DNA of 57,738 nucleotides, the filler included, from Rhizaria sp. SCN 62-66 (lineage: Eukaryota), in the NCBI GenBank assembly GCA_001724265.1. It is 2 parts of 2 records of this genome, joined end to end, with 100 filler letters (N's around TTAATTAATTAA, not from the genome) between each part and the next. Parts side by side here need not be neighbours in the genome. Positions count along the whole stretch, not along the records: positions 29,976 to 57,738 come from MEDY01000396.1; 1 more part is not named here. One strand, written 5' to 3'. Made by a program: the position numbers and the translations under genes. Positions 30,679-42,975 of the stretch are shown here, one piece after another (position 1 is the first letter of the stretch; every line of letters begins with the position of its first letter). The notes beneath the pieces were generated by a model. The model made no database searches, was not told where the DNA came from, and worked only from the letters and a program-made list of their open reading frames with translations.

Positions 30679-32925
30679 TCAGCGCGAGGCACCAAGCGCT
30701 GCACCGAAGTCGACACGACGCACGAGCACACCGGCGTCACCGTCGTCGCTGTCGCCGTCTGAGTCATCCCCACTCCCCGCAGCCGCCGCGCCCGTGGCCA
30801 CGACTCCGCGCCCACCGCTCGCTGCCGTTTTCGCGCCAGCGCCCGCTGATGACGCGCCGACGCTGTGCGCGGCCTTGGAGGCGCCGGCCGGGAGCAGCGC
30901 GCCCGCCTTGACAAGCGCCGCCGTGCGTGCCTCTGCCGCGGCGGCGATGGCGGCCGCGGGTTCGGGCTTTTGCGCGTCGAGCGCGGGGTCGAAAAACAGC
31001 GACATGAAGTAGGAAAACAGACATGACGCCGTGAGAACGATGAAGATGAGATGGAAATTGAGCGGGAACGGCATGTCGTTGTTCATCGACCACGCGAAGA
31101 TGGCGCCAGCAACCGTGGGGCCCAGCATGCGACCTGCGGAGGAGGCGGCTTGGGCGACGCCGTTGACGGAGCCGCGGTAGGACTTGGTGCAGGAGTTGGA
31201 CACCATGACGGAGATGCATGTGAAAGCACCGATACGCGAGCACATCGTGACGGCGATGCAGAGAATGAACACGGGCCAAACAACGTAGCGCGAGCGGTCG
31301 TTAAGGTAGGCCATGAAGGGCATCGCGAAGAGGATTGCGCCATACACAAGCACGCACACGCGGAAGAGCGCGATGAACTTCATGCGTTGCGCCAGCACTG
31401 GGTACAGCCAGGCCTGGAAAACGACCTGGAACGGCGCGACGAGGGACAACAGCAGCCCGATCTCGGACGTATTCATCTCGAAGCCGTGGTCTTCCTTGCG
31501 GTTGATGACCCACACCGGCACGATCTCGTGCGAGATGACGCCCACGAACGAGTGGATGAAGTACCCCAGAAGCACGTTGAGCACGGTCGGATGCGTGACG
31601 ATGCGCATCAGAGACTCTTCCTCTTCGTCATTGCCGGCACCCACAGTCCCGGCTGCGGCGGCCGCGGCGGCGCGCGCGGCCGCGCGGTTGCGCTTCTGCT
31701 CCTCGGCGTCTTTATCGAGCGTCTCGCGGAGCCAACCAGTGACCATGACGAGCGCCGTGCCAGTCAGAATGGCACCGATGACGCACGGGAACAGATACGG
31801 GTGGCGGTCGTAGATGGTGTCCTTGAACCACGCGGGGTATTTCGTCGCCGGCAGCGCGAGAATGCCGCCGATCGCGGGCGCGAAAAGACGCGCGAGTCCC
31901 GTGGACAGGCCTATCATGGAGAAACCGCGTCCTTGGTTCGAGTCGTCGCACGACTCGGACATGAGGGTACGTGTAAGCGCGTTGTTGCCACAGAGAAAGC
32001 CGGAGAGAATGCGGACGGTGATGGCAAACTTGTACGTCGGGGCCACCGCGAAGAGCAGGATACCGATGAGCGTGGCGATGAGACCGATCGAGACTGCGGG
32101 TTTGCGGCCGTAGCGGTCGGCGAAGGGCCCCCAGAGGAGCGAGCCAAACATGTCGCCGACGTAATACGCAGACGCAAGCATGCCCACGTACACGCCGAGA
32201 CGCGAGGCGGGCACGTCGGGGTAGAACACCGCCGTGTAAAAGGGCAGAAAGGGGAAAATGATCACCATGTTAAGGATGTTGACGAACGCGACGTAACCGA
32301 TGACAAACACTTGCGTCGAGTCAAGAGGCGTCTCGACCACCGCAGCAGCTCCGGCGGCGGCAGCGCTATCGCCAGCCTTGCCATCGGAGGAAGACGACGC
32401 GGTGGGCTTGGCGTTGGAGTCAGCGTCGACCTGTGCGGCGGCACGTGTGGCGCGTAAAACAGACGCCGCCAACTCTTCAGCGTCCCCTGCCTGTGGCGCC
32501 ATGGAGCGTGACCCCGCGTAAGGGTTCTCCTCCGCCACGGCCTGCCGCAGCCACGTCGTGCGCGCCGAGCCCTGAGGCCGCATGGGGATCTCGTCCCCCG
32601 GCGGGGACAGCGCGTGGAGCGTGATGGTTGCAGCCGCCGCCGAGGAAGAAGAAACAGCGCGTGTGAGCCCGCCGTCGTCGGTCGAGGAGGAGGAAAAGTC
32701 TGCAATGTCGGGCACGCCTAACGCGAGCGCGAACGCGTCGGGGTGGCTGGTGCTGCCCGCGCCAGCGCCCGTGCCCGAGCCCGAGCCGGAGCCGGCGGGG
32801 CGAAGGAAAGGAGACGGGACCTCGTCTGAGGAGGAGCCCCCGTCGCCGCCGCCGCCGCCACTGCCCAGGTATGCACCGCTGAAGCCGCCACCGCGCTTTT
32901 GCGAGGACGATTGGTGCTCAGCCAT
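30679..32925 (-). CDS. Major facilitator superfamily transporter (DHA1/ZIFL-like), 748 aa, long disordered N-terminus
   Basis: MFS motif A (WGPFADRYGRKP), RILSGFLCGN, GSVNGVAQAASSAGRMLGP, about 12 hydrophobic helices. Stop TGA. Confidence 0.92.
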   Translation of the reverse strand: MAEHQSSSQKRGGGFSGAYLGSGGGGGDGGSSSDEVPSPFLRPAGSGSGSGTGAGAGSTSHPDAFALALGVPDIADFSSSSTDDGGLTRAVSSSSAAAATITLHALSPPGDEIPMRPQGSARTTWLRQAVAEENPYAGSRSMAPQAGDAEELAASVLRATRAAAQVDADSNAKPTASSSSDGKAGDSAAAAGAAAVVETPLDSTQVFVIGYVAFVNILNMVIIFPFLPFYTAVFYPDVPASRLGVYVGMLASAYYVGDMFGSLLWGPFADRYGRKPAVSIGLIATLIGILLFAVAPTYKFAITVRILSGFLCGNNALTRTLMSESCDDSNQGRGFSMIGLSTGLARLFAPAIGGILALPATKYPAWFKDTIYDRHPYLFPCVIGAILTGTALVMVTGWLRETLDKDAEEQKRNRAAARAAAAAAAGTVGAGNDEEEESLMRIVTHPTVLNVLLGYFIHSFVGVISHEIVPVWVINRKEDHGFEMNTSEIGLLLSLVAPFQVVFQAWLYPVLAQRMKFIALFRVCVLVYGAILFAMPFMAYLNDRSRYVVWPVFILCIAVTMCSRIGAFTCISVMVSNSCTKSYRGSVNGVAQAASSAGRMLGPTVAGAIFAWSMNNDMPFPLNFHLIFIVLTASCLFSYFMSLFFDPALDAQKPEPAAAIAAAAEARTAALVKAGALLPAGASKAAHSVGASSAGAGAKTAASGGRGVVATGAAAAGSGDDSDGDSDDGDAGVLVRRVDFGAALGASR

Positions 32926-33772
32926 TCCTGGCTACCACTAGGAACGATGTAGAGTCAAATATGTGGGCGTAGAGGAAGGTTAGCTGCCTGTTCGAGGAGG
33001 CGTGGGATGATGACGACTGGGCCCATAAATATCTCAATTTAGGCGTCCACAGAAAAGGCAGACAGATAAAACAAAATATTAACTTAGTATAAAAAACGGA
33101 TTTGCTGCTATATATCAACCTGTTTCACCAACGGACGGTTTCTTCGTCGAGTTAGGTCATGTTTATTATTTTGTGTCGTGTTCAGACAGGACAGACAGGA
33201 CCGAAAAACCGTTTCGGGTAGTACTCGTCTCAAAAGTGTAACTTGTGTGTTTTCATGGTCACAGAAGACCTTAAATCATTAGCTAGCTTAGTTGCCAATT
33301 TTATTGTGCATACTGCGCATTTTTTAATCAAGCATGATGCTCTTGTATTGCTCCTAGCGGCAAAGCGCGCGATATCCTCGCAGAGACTGTCGAGTTTTCT
33401 CGTTTCTCAAACGCTCTAAAACGCTGCATCTCTATGATGCTGCCGAGAATGGTGCCCAGAATTCGAGGTTTTACGAAGGCCATTCTTCGTATTTCGTCAT
33501 GGCTTCTAGCCCGAGCTATAAGAACTACAAAGCGCCGGATACGAACAACAAGCTCTATAGCTACCGTGACCTTTACACTGACGTGTGGACTTGAGTCAGA
33601 TTCAGGAGGGCTTGCCGCTCATGTTCGATGGCATTGGCTACGATCATCAGATGTGCGTTGATACGAGTGAGGTGACGGAGGGTGAGGAGACCCCTAGGCC
33701 CCGTACATTTACTCATGCGAATTTTGAATATGTGGAATGTGTTTGGAACTTGATGAATTCGTTCACCTAGAT

Positions 33773-35040
33773 TCACTTAGTAGCGCTCTCGCGCTCAGCG
33801 GCGGCCCGCGCGGCCTCAAACGGCTCAACAACATCGCCGTCGCCGCAGTCCTCCTCTACCAGCGCACCGATGTCCGTCACTTCCTGCTCCGTCAAGTCCC
33901 ACGACTCACTCTCCGTCGCACCAGCAGCAGTAGCAGCGCTGTCGGCAGCAGCGCTCTCGGCATTAGCGCTGGGGCTAACGGTGAACTTGTTGCTGCCGTG
34001 CCAGGCGCCGAGGTCTTGCGCCATATGCTCCGCGCTGCACGTGCCAGTCAGCGGCGCAACGCCCCGGTGCATGAGGAAGCGGAACAGCACCTGCTCGGCC
34101 GTCTTCCCCGTCCGCCGGGCCGCGCGCTTCACTGCAGCAGATGCGAGGAGCTGCGGATTGCCGGTGAGGGTCCAGAAGGACTGGTAGACGATGCCGTGCT
34201 CGCGGCAGAAGCGCCGCAACGCGCCGTCGTGGCGCGTCTCGCCGTACCACCGGTTCTGCAGAACCGCGGGCTTGATCGTCGCCTTGGCATAGAACGCACG
34301 GAAATCCTTGAGAGAGTAGAAGTTGGAGACGCCGAGTTGGGAGGCGAGTCCGCTCGTGTGGATGGCCTCCATCGCGCGCCAGACGGCGAGCGTGTCGGCC
34401 GCGCGCGAGAGCGGGCCGTGAAGCACGAGCGAGTCGACCTTGTCAATCCCGAGCTCGCTCTGGGACGTCGCGAAGGAAACGCGGACTTGTTCAGCGAGGG
34501 GAAGCTTCGGGTCGTAGGGGCACCGCGCAGGGTCCTGGCCGTCAAACGAGGTGAACTTGGTCTGCACGAAGACGTCGTCGCGGGTGACAACGCCCGCGGC
34601 GAAAAGGCGGCGGAGAGCCTCACCCACACCGGGCTGGTGGTAGTGCTTCGGCTACGCGTTGTAAATAACGTTGACCAGTGATTGACGGTGAGTGATTGTT
34701 GTTGTGAGAGTGTGGTTGTAAGTGGGCATGCGCCGTGTGTCGCGTTGCATCAAAGTTATACGAAAAAAGAGAACACAAATAAAAAAGGTAAGCATATGAG
34801 GATATGTTGGTGGCAAAGTGATAGCACAAACATATACGACGACAGAGCGGGGAAGATGTGGCGCGTGCTTAGGGCCTGAGGGGGGGGACGTACCTGGCAC
34901 GCGGTGTCAACACCGCGGAAACCCAGCTTGAAGGCCTGCTCGACAAGGTCGGCCGTGCGCTCCTTCTTCCAAGCCGTGCCGTAGATCATGCGGGGCATCA
35001 TCACGCCCGCCGACGTCTTGACGTGCGTCGAGAGAGACAT
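33773..35040 (-). CDS. Aldo-keto reductase, ~341 aa (exons 35040-34894 and 34651-33773)
   Basis: Spliced MPRMIYGTAWK...GFRGVDTACQ|PKHY...VGEAL...RDDVFVQTKF...DSLVLHGP...LGVSNF. 242-nt GTACGT...TAG intron, phase 0. Stop TGA. Confidence 0.92.
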
Positions 35041-35444
35041 TGCTAGGAGCGGGACCGAAGATAGGGAGATACGCACGTTTGATATTTGTGAAATCAACAA
35101 GGAAGGACGTTGGATATGTATGTGTGGCAAATGTGTGATATATTAGCGCCAAATAAATGCATCGTGTCAACATCAAATTGGGGTAATAACGAGTGGATCA
35201 ACCTGCTAGATATGATTTGAAAAGTTGGGCAATGACCTAACTCAGGGCTTCCGTGGCGACCCACCAGCTCTCAACGGATTGATGCATGTCAGACCTAAAT
35301 CTTCTTTCTGCGTAATAACGTTTTGCATTCCTTAAAGAAATACGATATACCTTACGAATAACATATCAGAGCTCACCTTGACGGATCCGCTCTTCCCATT
35401 CTATTGTCGCACTTTCGTTTGTCCGCACGCAGTCCCGAGCCTCC

Positions 35445-38400
35445 ATGCTCGCTCGTCGGCTATCCATAGCCACATGCAAGATGTTTGGGCCTCTCGTCGC
35501 GACATCAGCGAGTTCTCTTCCAGCCCCAACTGCCACCGTCTCCGCATCCCCCCGCGCGACCTCCACATTCACTTCGCTGTCCGCGGCCAGGACTCTCGGC
35601 CCCACTGTTAGCTTCATCATCTCGCACCCAGCCAGTCGCTTCACTTCCAGCTCCTCAGCTCCTGCGGACATTGCGCCCCCCGAGCACGGTTCATACAACC
35701 CGCCGAACGTGGACGCTGATCCGCACTTAGTCACATCCGCCGGCGGGCTACCCGCCTCCATCCCGGCGCCGCTGCGTGCACTGCTCGAACGCTCGGGCCC
35801 CACCAAGTTCCCCAGCTACTTCGACGACGAGGCGCGCAATGTCCGAGCCGAGCTCGCCTCCGCCCGCCGCGGCTCCGCAGCCCACGCGCTCACCATCGCA
35901 CTGCGCCGGCTCTGCGACGACGGCTTCCCGGGCGCTGCGCTGGCGCTGTTTTTCGGCACCCCCGAGCGCAACGTTGCACATTGGTCCGTCATGCTACACT
36001 CCCTGCAGCGTTCGGGCCACGAGCTGCTCTTCCGCGCTCTCTGGGACGCGCTGCTGCGCTCGCCCGTCGCGCTTGACCCCGTGCTCCTCACGCGCCCGTT
36101 GTTGGCCGCGGCCGGCGACGGACAGGTCCTCGCCGCCGAACGCATGCTCACACTGCTGATCACACACGGATCCGCTGCCCCCGCGCCCGCGCTCGCGTTG
36201 CTGGCCCGCTCGTACGCCCGCGCGCCCTCGGACGCCTCCGCGCGCCGCGTGCTCGCGCTGGCGGAAATGCAGCTCTCCGCGCAGCTGCCCACCGCCGCGC
36301 ACGCCGACGCCGCCGTCGCAGCCAAGCCCTCAGCGCTGCCCCGCGTCGGCCACCGCCGCGCGGACCACTCCGCGCTCGCCGCGGCCTCTGCGACGGCCGT
36401 CTCCGAAGCGCTGCCGTCGTCTCTCCTCGCGTCGCTGCTATGGGCGCTCCCGCGCCTCGGCGCCACGGCCGCAGCGGTCGAGCTGCTGCGCCTGCGCACT
36501 CTGGCTGACCACCGGCTCCGCGTGTCGGACCTCACGCCGCTGCTCGCCGGTCTCGCCCGCGCCGGCGCACCCGACCTCCCCGCGCTTGTGCAGTGGGCAC
36601 GTTTTGCCGCGGCATTCGCGCCCGACCCCGTGGCCGCCCCCGCCGCGTACGTCGCCTCTGCGGCCGCGCTGCGTGCCGCCGGTGCGCATACAACCGCGAT
36701 CAAATGGCTCGCACTAGTCTTTCCGTCCTGCGCACCCGACGTCGCGCTCGCGGCACGGCCCTACGCCGTCGCACAGCTTGTGCAGTCGCTCGCCGACGCC
36801 CACTACGTCCGCTCTCTCGTCTCGCTGCTCGCGCGCGCGCCCGGGCGGCTTAACTTACGCCAGCACATGCTCGCGGCCAGCGCGCTGACAGCGGCCGGTC
36901 AAGCCGTGCCCGCGCTGGCGCTGGCGACCGCGCTGCCCGCCGCCGCGGATGCCGTCACGACGTGGAGCGCGGCGGCCGCGCACGTGTTGTCGCGCGGGCT
37001 TGGCCAGTGGGCGACGGCGGCTGCGCTGAGCACCGCGGCCGAGGCCTCCGGGGACGATGCCGCGTTCGCGGCGGCGCCGGGGCTGCGTGCGGCGCCGGCG
37101 CTGCGGCACCGCGCTCTGTTCTCCGCAGCTCCCATTCCCGCTCCGACAGTGAAAGCCTCACAGAGCGCGACTGCGATGCCGGAGGCCTATGTTCAGAAAG
37201 ACGATGATGAAGACGACTGGGCCGGACTAGACCCCTTTGCGCTCGACGCGAGCCAAGAAGTTTGGTTGGGCGCCGCCACCGAGCTCATGACCCACAGTCA
37301 GAGCTCTGACAACAGCAACCAGACAACTCCCAAGCTCAACGCAGCTGGCTTCGCGACGGCGTTTGATCTGTCACTGGGCGACGCGCTGGCGCCTGCGGAC
37401 GGCCGCGACGACGGCCCCCGCGGCATAGCCGTGCGCCACCACCGCCGCGCCCCACCTCTCCAGAACAACATGCCCTCGCCAGTCACTTCGGCGGCGCACG
37501 TGGACCAGGTCCCCACGTCGACGACAGACCGCAGCGCGCCGCCCGTGGCTCCGGCCGCCACTTACCGCAGCGCGCTCACGTCCGTCGCACTGCGCACAGC
37601 CGCGGCGCTCGCGCGCGCGCTGCCGTCCGCCTCCGCTGGGGACCCCGCCGTGCACGAGGCCGAGGCGGCGGCGCTGCAGCGCGCAGTGCTGCTCTCTTGC
37701 GGCGCGCTGCCCGTGGCGTCGCCGCAAGACGCCGTCGACGCCGTGTTCGCGCTCGCGGTGCGCGCGTGCCACGGCGCCCGCGGCGCCCCCGCGCGCGCGG
37801 CGCGGCTGCTCGCCCTCCTGCGCGCGCTCGGCTCCCACGGTCTCACCGCGGCTGTGGAGGACCTGCTCCGCGCCGCGCCGTGGCTGCGAGCGCTGCCCCA
37901 GGCCCACTGCGAGCACGCGCGCGCGCACTCGGTGGCCGCCGCCGCGCGCACCGCCGTCGCAGCCGGCTTCGCGCCGGCGTCAGAGATTCAGACGCTGCAG
38001 CGCACACTGCCCACGGGCTCGCCCTCGTACCGGCGCACGCGTGCAGGCGCGATCGACACCACCCGCGCCCGTGGCTTCTCCCGGCTCACGCGCGAAGTGA
38101 CTCTCTCGCTGGACCTCGGGCCCGGCGGCGCCCCGCGCCTGCGGCTCCCGCCCGCGCTGATTGCGCGTATCGACCGCGTTGCGAGCGACCCCGCGCAGCT
38201 CCGCGCCGCCGCCGTTGCGCTGCAGGCCTAGCTCCTGCCGACCGGCCCCACAGCGCCCAAGCCCGAAGACGTCGCGGTGTTTGCGGCGTCGCGCAACCCG
38301 CGCCTGGGACCGTGGGCGCTCAACTCTCTCCCGCCGCGCCCGGACCGCGCCGCGTTCTCCGCCGTTGTGTCGGCCATGCGCGCGTGGGAAGAGGCCGCCG

Positions 38401-41400
38401 GGGCGGGCGCGCCCGATGCGGGACTGTTTGCACAGCTCCTCGCTGACGCCGGTGCGCGTGGTGATGTGTGCGGAGTGCTCTTCTGGGCGCTCGTGCAGCG
38501 CAACCATGAAAGTGCGCGCTCACTCCGCGAAATTGTTCCTTCTACTCCCACCACATCTGCCGCTTTCTCTGTCTCCGGCTCTGCGACGGCAGCGGCCGTG
38601 TCGGCGGATGGCACTGCAGCGGCCGCGGACCCGTACAGCGCGCTCTGCAGCGGTCCCTCGCGGCCGCTCGCCGCACTGACCGCGGCCACCGCGCCCTCGC
38701 GCGCGCTGCTGCAGGCCGGCCCGCTCGGCCTGTACGGCGCCGTCGACAGCGGCAGCGCTGTGGAGACCGCGCTGGGCCTCGCACACCGCGCCGCGTTCTC
38801 GGACCCAGGGCGCGCGACCGTGCCCGCCGCCGCCGCGCTGCTGCGGCCCGTCACGCCCACGCTCGTCCCGGCGTTCCCCGTCGCGGCGGGTGCGGCCCCC
38901 GTGCCGCTGCCGCTGCTGGCCCGCGAGTCCCCGACCGCCGCCTCCGCCTCCGCCTCGGCGACCGGCGGCCGCGCTATGTCCGCGGTCGGCGCGGCGACCG
39001 CGGCGGCCGCGGCTGCGATGGGGCAGGACCCGTCTCTGTCGACCCTGCCCTTCACGCCCGCGATGCTGCGGGAGCCCGACGGCGTCGTGCCTCTCCCGGC
39101 AGGCGCGGGTGCGGCGGCCGCGAGTGACGCAGCGACTGTGCTCGGCGCCTCGGCCCGCGCGCCGCCGACGTCGGTCGCCGCGATGCTCGACGCGCTCGCG
39201 CTGCCGCGGTCTGTGGTGACGCCCGTGAGTCTACAGGAGCACTTCTCACTCACCGCGCCCTTCGACGGCGGCGTGATGCCAGTCGCTGACCCGACCACCG
39301 CGGGCCCCGCCGCCGCCGCCGCCGCGCCACTGAGACTCGGCCTAAGCCTCGGACTCGGGCTCGGCATCACGCGCGGGACCTACGACACGTACTCCGCGCT
39401 CACCACTGCATTGATGCGCAACGACGCTCCTCGCGAGGCGCTGCGCATGTTTTGGCGGCTGCTTGCCGTCGCCGAGCGTCTCGATGCCGACACAGCCCAC
39501 GGCCGCTTGCACCTCCCCGTGCCGGTGCCGGAGAACGACGCCGACGCCGCCCCAGAGATGGACGCCGCGGCCGGTGATAGCGGCAGCGGCAGCAAGCTCC
39601 GCGTCGTGCCCCCGTCGTCTTTCGGCGCCGGCCGCGTGTCCCTGCGCACCCCTCGCGCTGCGGCCTTCGCGCAGACCCAGTCCGCGCTGCTCCCCTCACT
39701 GCCCCCGCGGAGCGAGCCCGCGGCGCTGCGCATGCGGTCCGCCTTGGGCGCCGGGGTCGCGGTTGCCGGGGACGCGCCGCCCGCGGTGTCCGTGGCCGTG
39801 TCGTGGGCGCACATGCTGATGTACTTTGGCGAGCTCTCGCACCGGTGCGCTGCCATCGCAACGGCCGATGACCCGGGCGCGCTCATTCTTGCTGACGGCG
39901 GCGGCGCGAGCAAGACCAGCAAGACCGGCATCGAGGCGAGCGCGTTGAACGTGCTGGACAGTCAGGAGGAGCCGCTCGCTGCGATGCTGGCCCTGCCCAC
40001 AGTCACCCCGCATCCCGCGGCGGCCGCCACAGCCGAGCGTCTCGCTAAGGGGATGCAATTGCTGGAGACGCGCGTCAAGCTCGGCCTTCCCGACCTGCCC
40101 GAGAGCCACTTCGTCTCGTCTGACACGCCCGACGACGACTTGCCTGCAGACCGCCCGTTTCCCCCCGCGGCGAAGCCAGCAGCGGCGAAGCCAGCAGTGG
40201 CGAAGCCAGCAGTGGCGAAGCCAACAGCGGCGAAGGCAACGACGACAAAGCCCGCAGCGCCAAAACCACTCTCTGCGGCGGCTGCTTCTGTGGCACCGCG
40301 CGCCGCCGCCGCGGCCGCCTCTCTCGTTTCCCTTAGCGGCGAGTTTGACTGGCTGGAGCTTTCCGCGCGCGCGCTCGTCTCGGAGTGGGCGCGCGGTCCC
40401 CTCCGCGCTGCCGGCAACGCGCTCGTCGACGCCGCCGCCGCGGGGCCCTGCGCCGCGCTACCACCGGCGCTCGCCGCCGCCGTGGGGCAGCCCGCCGCCG
40501 TGGCCGCCGCGGCCGCCGCGGGCGACGCCGAGGCCGAGCTCGCGTGGGCGCCGAACCAAGCGCTCGCAGCCGCCGCGCGCTGCCGCCGGCAGCAGCTCGA
40601 CGCCAACGCCGCCCGCGCCGCGCAACAGACTGGCGGCGCCGGGACACAGGTGACGCTGACCGGGTCCACCGCGACCGCGCCCGTGGGGCCCGTGGTGGCG
40701 CCGACGCCGCAAGTACTGACCGCGCTGGTGACGTTCTGGGCAGGCCGTGCGCGCGCGCGGCTGAGCGCCGGGGCTGACGCCGCAGCCGCGGTGTCGCTGC
40801 TCGAGTCTGCACGCGCCGTGTCGGCGTATATCGCCCTGGTCGAGGGCCTCGCCCCGCGTCCTGTGACCGGCGGCCCGGATAATGCGCCGGCGCCGAGCGC
40901 AGTCGCGCATTTCTCGCACTCAACAGCCAAGCTTCACCACAGCGCGACATCCTCCGTGAAAAAACCCTCCGCGTCGGCGTCGGCATCGGCGGACGTCCCG
41001 GCAGACATGCACAGCAGTGGATTGACCGAGACCGCCACAAGCGCGCTGTCGTGGCGTGCTGCCCTGCTTTTCTGCTCTCAGGCGGGCGATGTCCTGAAAC
41101 TGGCGACGAAGACTCGGCCGCAAAGCGCGCTGTGGAGCGGGCCCGCGTCCGCGCACGCGCGATATGCGCTCAACCGCAGCGCGCTGCAGCTGGTCCAACA
41201 GCAGCCTTTGCTTACGGGCGGGCCCGAGGGGGCGGAGTTCGCGCGAAAGCTCGAGGTCGAAGCGGCCGACGCGGTCGGCGTTCTGAGTCGGCGGAACGCG
41301 CCCGCGGTGCTTACGGATGGCGACGCGGCCGCGGGCGTGGAGCTGCCCGTGTTTGCGGTGCTGCCGGATGAGTTGGCGCACAAGTACTGGGAAGAGGCGT

Positions 41401-41531
41401 GTGTTGTGGGGAATGACCGCGTTCTCAACAACACAGAGGTGCGCCGCTTGAAGGACGTACTCAAAGCGTTCGATGTCATGCGCGGGGTGATTATCACTGC
41501 GGTGCCTGATCTGGCAGGATCAGCTGTCTGA
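35445..41531 (+). CDS. Probable single ~2,028-aa organelle-targeted protein with degenerate pentatricopeptide (PPR)-like repeats; one in-frame TAG at 38229-38231
   Basis: Track ORFs 35445-38231 and 38277-41531 share a frame with uninterrupted GC-rich, coding-like sequence across the TAG. PPR-like motifs occur on both sides (PERNVAHWSVMLHSLQRSG; PDAGLFAQLLADAGARGD; TYSALTTALMRNDAPREALRMFWRL). N-terminus MLARRLS resembles a mitochondrial presequence. Final stop TGA. Confidence 0.65.
40170..40244 (+). repeat. 15-bp coding tandem repeat (about 5 imperfect copies) encoding AKPAA/AKPAV
   Basis: GCGAAGCCAGCAG(C/T)G units are directly visible. Confidence 0.85.
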
Positions 41532-41783
41532 ACTGCCTGATAAGTCGTGCTGGGCTTCGCTCTGTCTTGTTTTGAATTGCGTATTGCGACTCTTTAGGCG
41601 TCACTTCAGGTCGCACTTTGTGGTTGTGGGAGGACTTCCTTGTTGCTTTTAAAACTAATTTATTTGTTCACACAGACCGTCAACGTGAATTATTCGCATT
41701 CACCATAATAGAATATATAGTATTTATTATTTCCTGTTAATTCTGCACTATAATATGCTCATTATCCACCACAATTCTTTACA

Positions 41784-42728
41784 ATGCAGACACTGATGTC
41801 GAAGAAGAAGCCGGTGACGGTGATGCTTGGTTTTTACGGCGCGCGTCCGCGCTATCTGAATAAGTATGCTGACTTCGTCCGCAAGCTGAAAATCCCTTCC
41901 GCTCCTCGCACTATTGTGCCCACAGAGACGGTTCACTCCGAAGTGGTGACGTACCAGCCGCCGATGGCGAACTTGCTGAGCCGTCGCTGCGCAGACAAAT
42001 CTTCGGCCGAGCTCGCTGACGTCGTCCGCCAAGCCTGGGTCGAGCCCTTTCGCGCCGCGAAGCATGCCGATAAGAGCGCGACCCCCGCGCCGCTCATTTT
42101 CTACCTGCTGAGCAACAACGGTGCGTTCAACTTCGCCAAGTACATGGACACTCTCCGCAAGCAGCATCCCGAAGACTACGAGCTCGTCCAAGAGCACACC
42201 AGTGGCATTGTCTTCGACTCGTGCCCGTCGGATCCCAACCTGCCTCTCATGGTGCGCGGCGTGACCTCCGTCGCCACAGCCAGCGCCTTCAAGAAGCCTG
42301 TCTCGCACCACCCCATGCTGTCGCCTGTCTTCAAAGCCGCGCTGGCCGCCGTGCTGCCGTTCCACGAGCAACACCTCGGCGAAATCACTGACGCGCTTCA
42401 CAACGACCTGCCGCGCCACGCCGCGCTGCTCTACCTCTATTCGCAAGCTGACTCGCTAGTCATGGCCGAGGAGACACGCGCGCATGCCGTTGAGCTCGCC
42501 CCGCGGCAGGGCGCTGCGTACCACGCGCTCTCGCAGAAGTTGAAGCTGCCGTCATTGGTCCTCTCGCCAGAGTCCGCCGCCGCGCTTGGCACGGCTGAGC
42601 GGCTGGGCGAGCGCGTGTTTGCGCACGATTTCGTCGACTCCGCACACGTTGAGCACCTCCGCACGCACACGCCGCGCTACACTGAGCTCGTCCGTGGCTT
42701 CTACGAGTATGCCACGCGCACCAATTAA
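41784..42728 (+). CDS. TMEM53/DUF829-family alpha/beta-hydrolase-fold protein, 314 aa
   Basis: LGFYGARPRYLNKY, YLLSNNG, GIVFDSCP, LYLYSQADSLV and DSAHVEHLRTH match the family motif order. Stop TAA. Confidence 0.85.
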   Translation: MQTLMSKKKPVTVMLGFYGARPRYLNKYADFVRKLKIPSAPRTIVPTETVHSEVVTYQPPMANLLSRRCADKSSAELADVVRQAWVEPFRAAKHADKSATPAPLIFYLLSNNGAFNFAKYMDTLRKQHPEDYELVQEHTSGIVFDSCPSDPNLPLMVRGVTSVATASAFKKPVSHHPMLSPVFKAALAAVLPFHEQHLGEITDALHNDLPRHAALLYLYSQADSLVMAEETRAHAVELAPRQGAAYHALSQKLKLPSLVLSPESAAALGTAERLGERVFAHDFVDSAHVEHLRTHTPRYTELVRGFYEYATRTN

Positions 42729-42975
42729 AGAAATTCGCAATCAAAAGGTTGCTTCCTCCCGACTTTGCTTTAAGTTATAACCGTAATTTATTTTTATTGT
42801 AAGATATGAACTATGTATCGATTTTTCTTTTCGTTTTTCTTTCTATGTGATTCCTCCCTAGTGCCACCTTGTTTCGGCAATTTACCTCTTCTCTTTTGTC
42901 CGCAATACAACCATGTGACTTTGCGACCATAAACAGCGCGTAATTGACACTTTTAAAGCCAAACACGGGTCAACT

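Noticed and set aside
33434-33770. Short ORFs between the MFS and AKR genes
   Set aside because: 60-75 aa, intergenic base composition, no motif or codon bias.
30679-33775. TGA ends of the MFS and AKR genes as possible selenocysteine or readthrough sites
   Set aside because: Both follow complete domains and low-complexity tails and are followed by AT-richer UTR-like sequence; no SECIS recognised.
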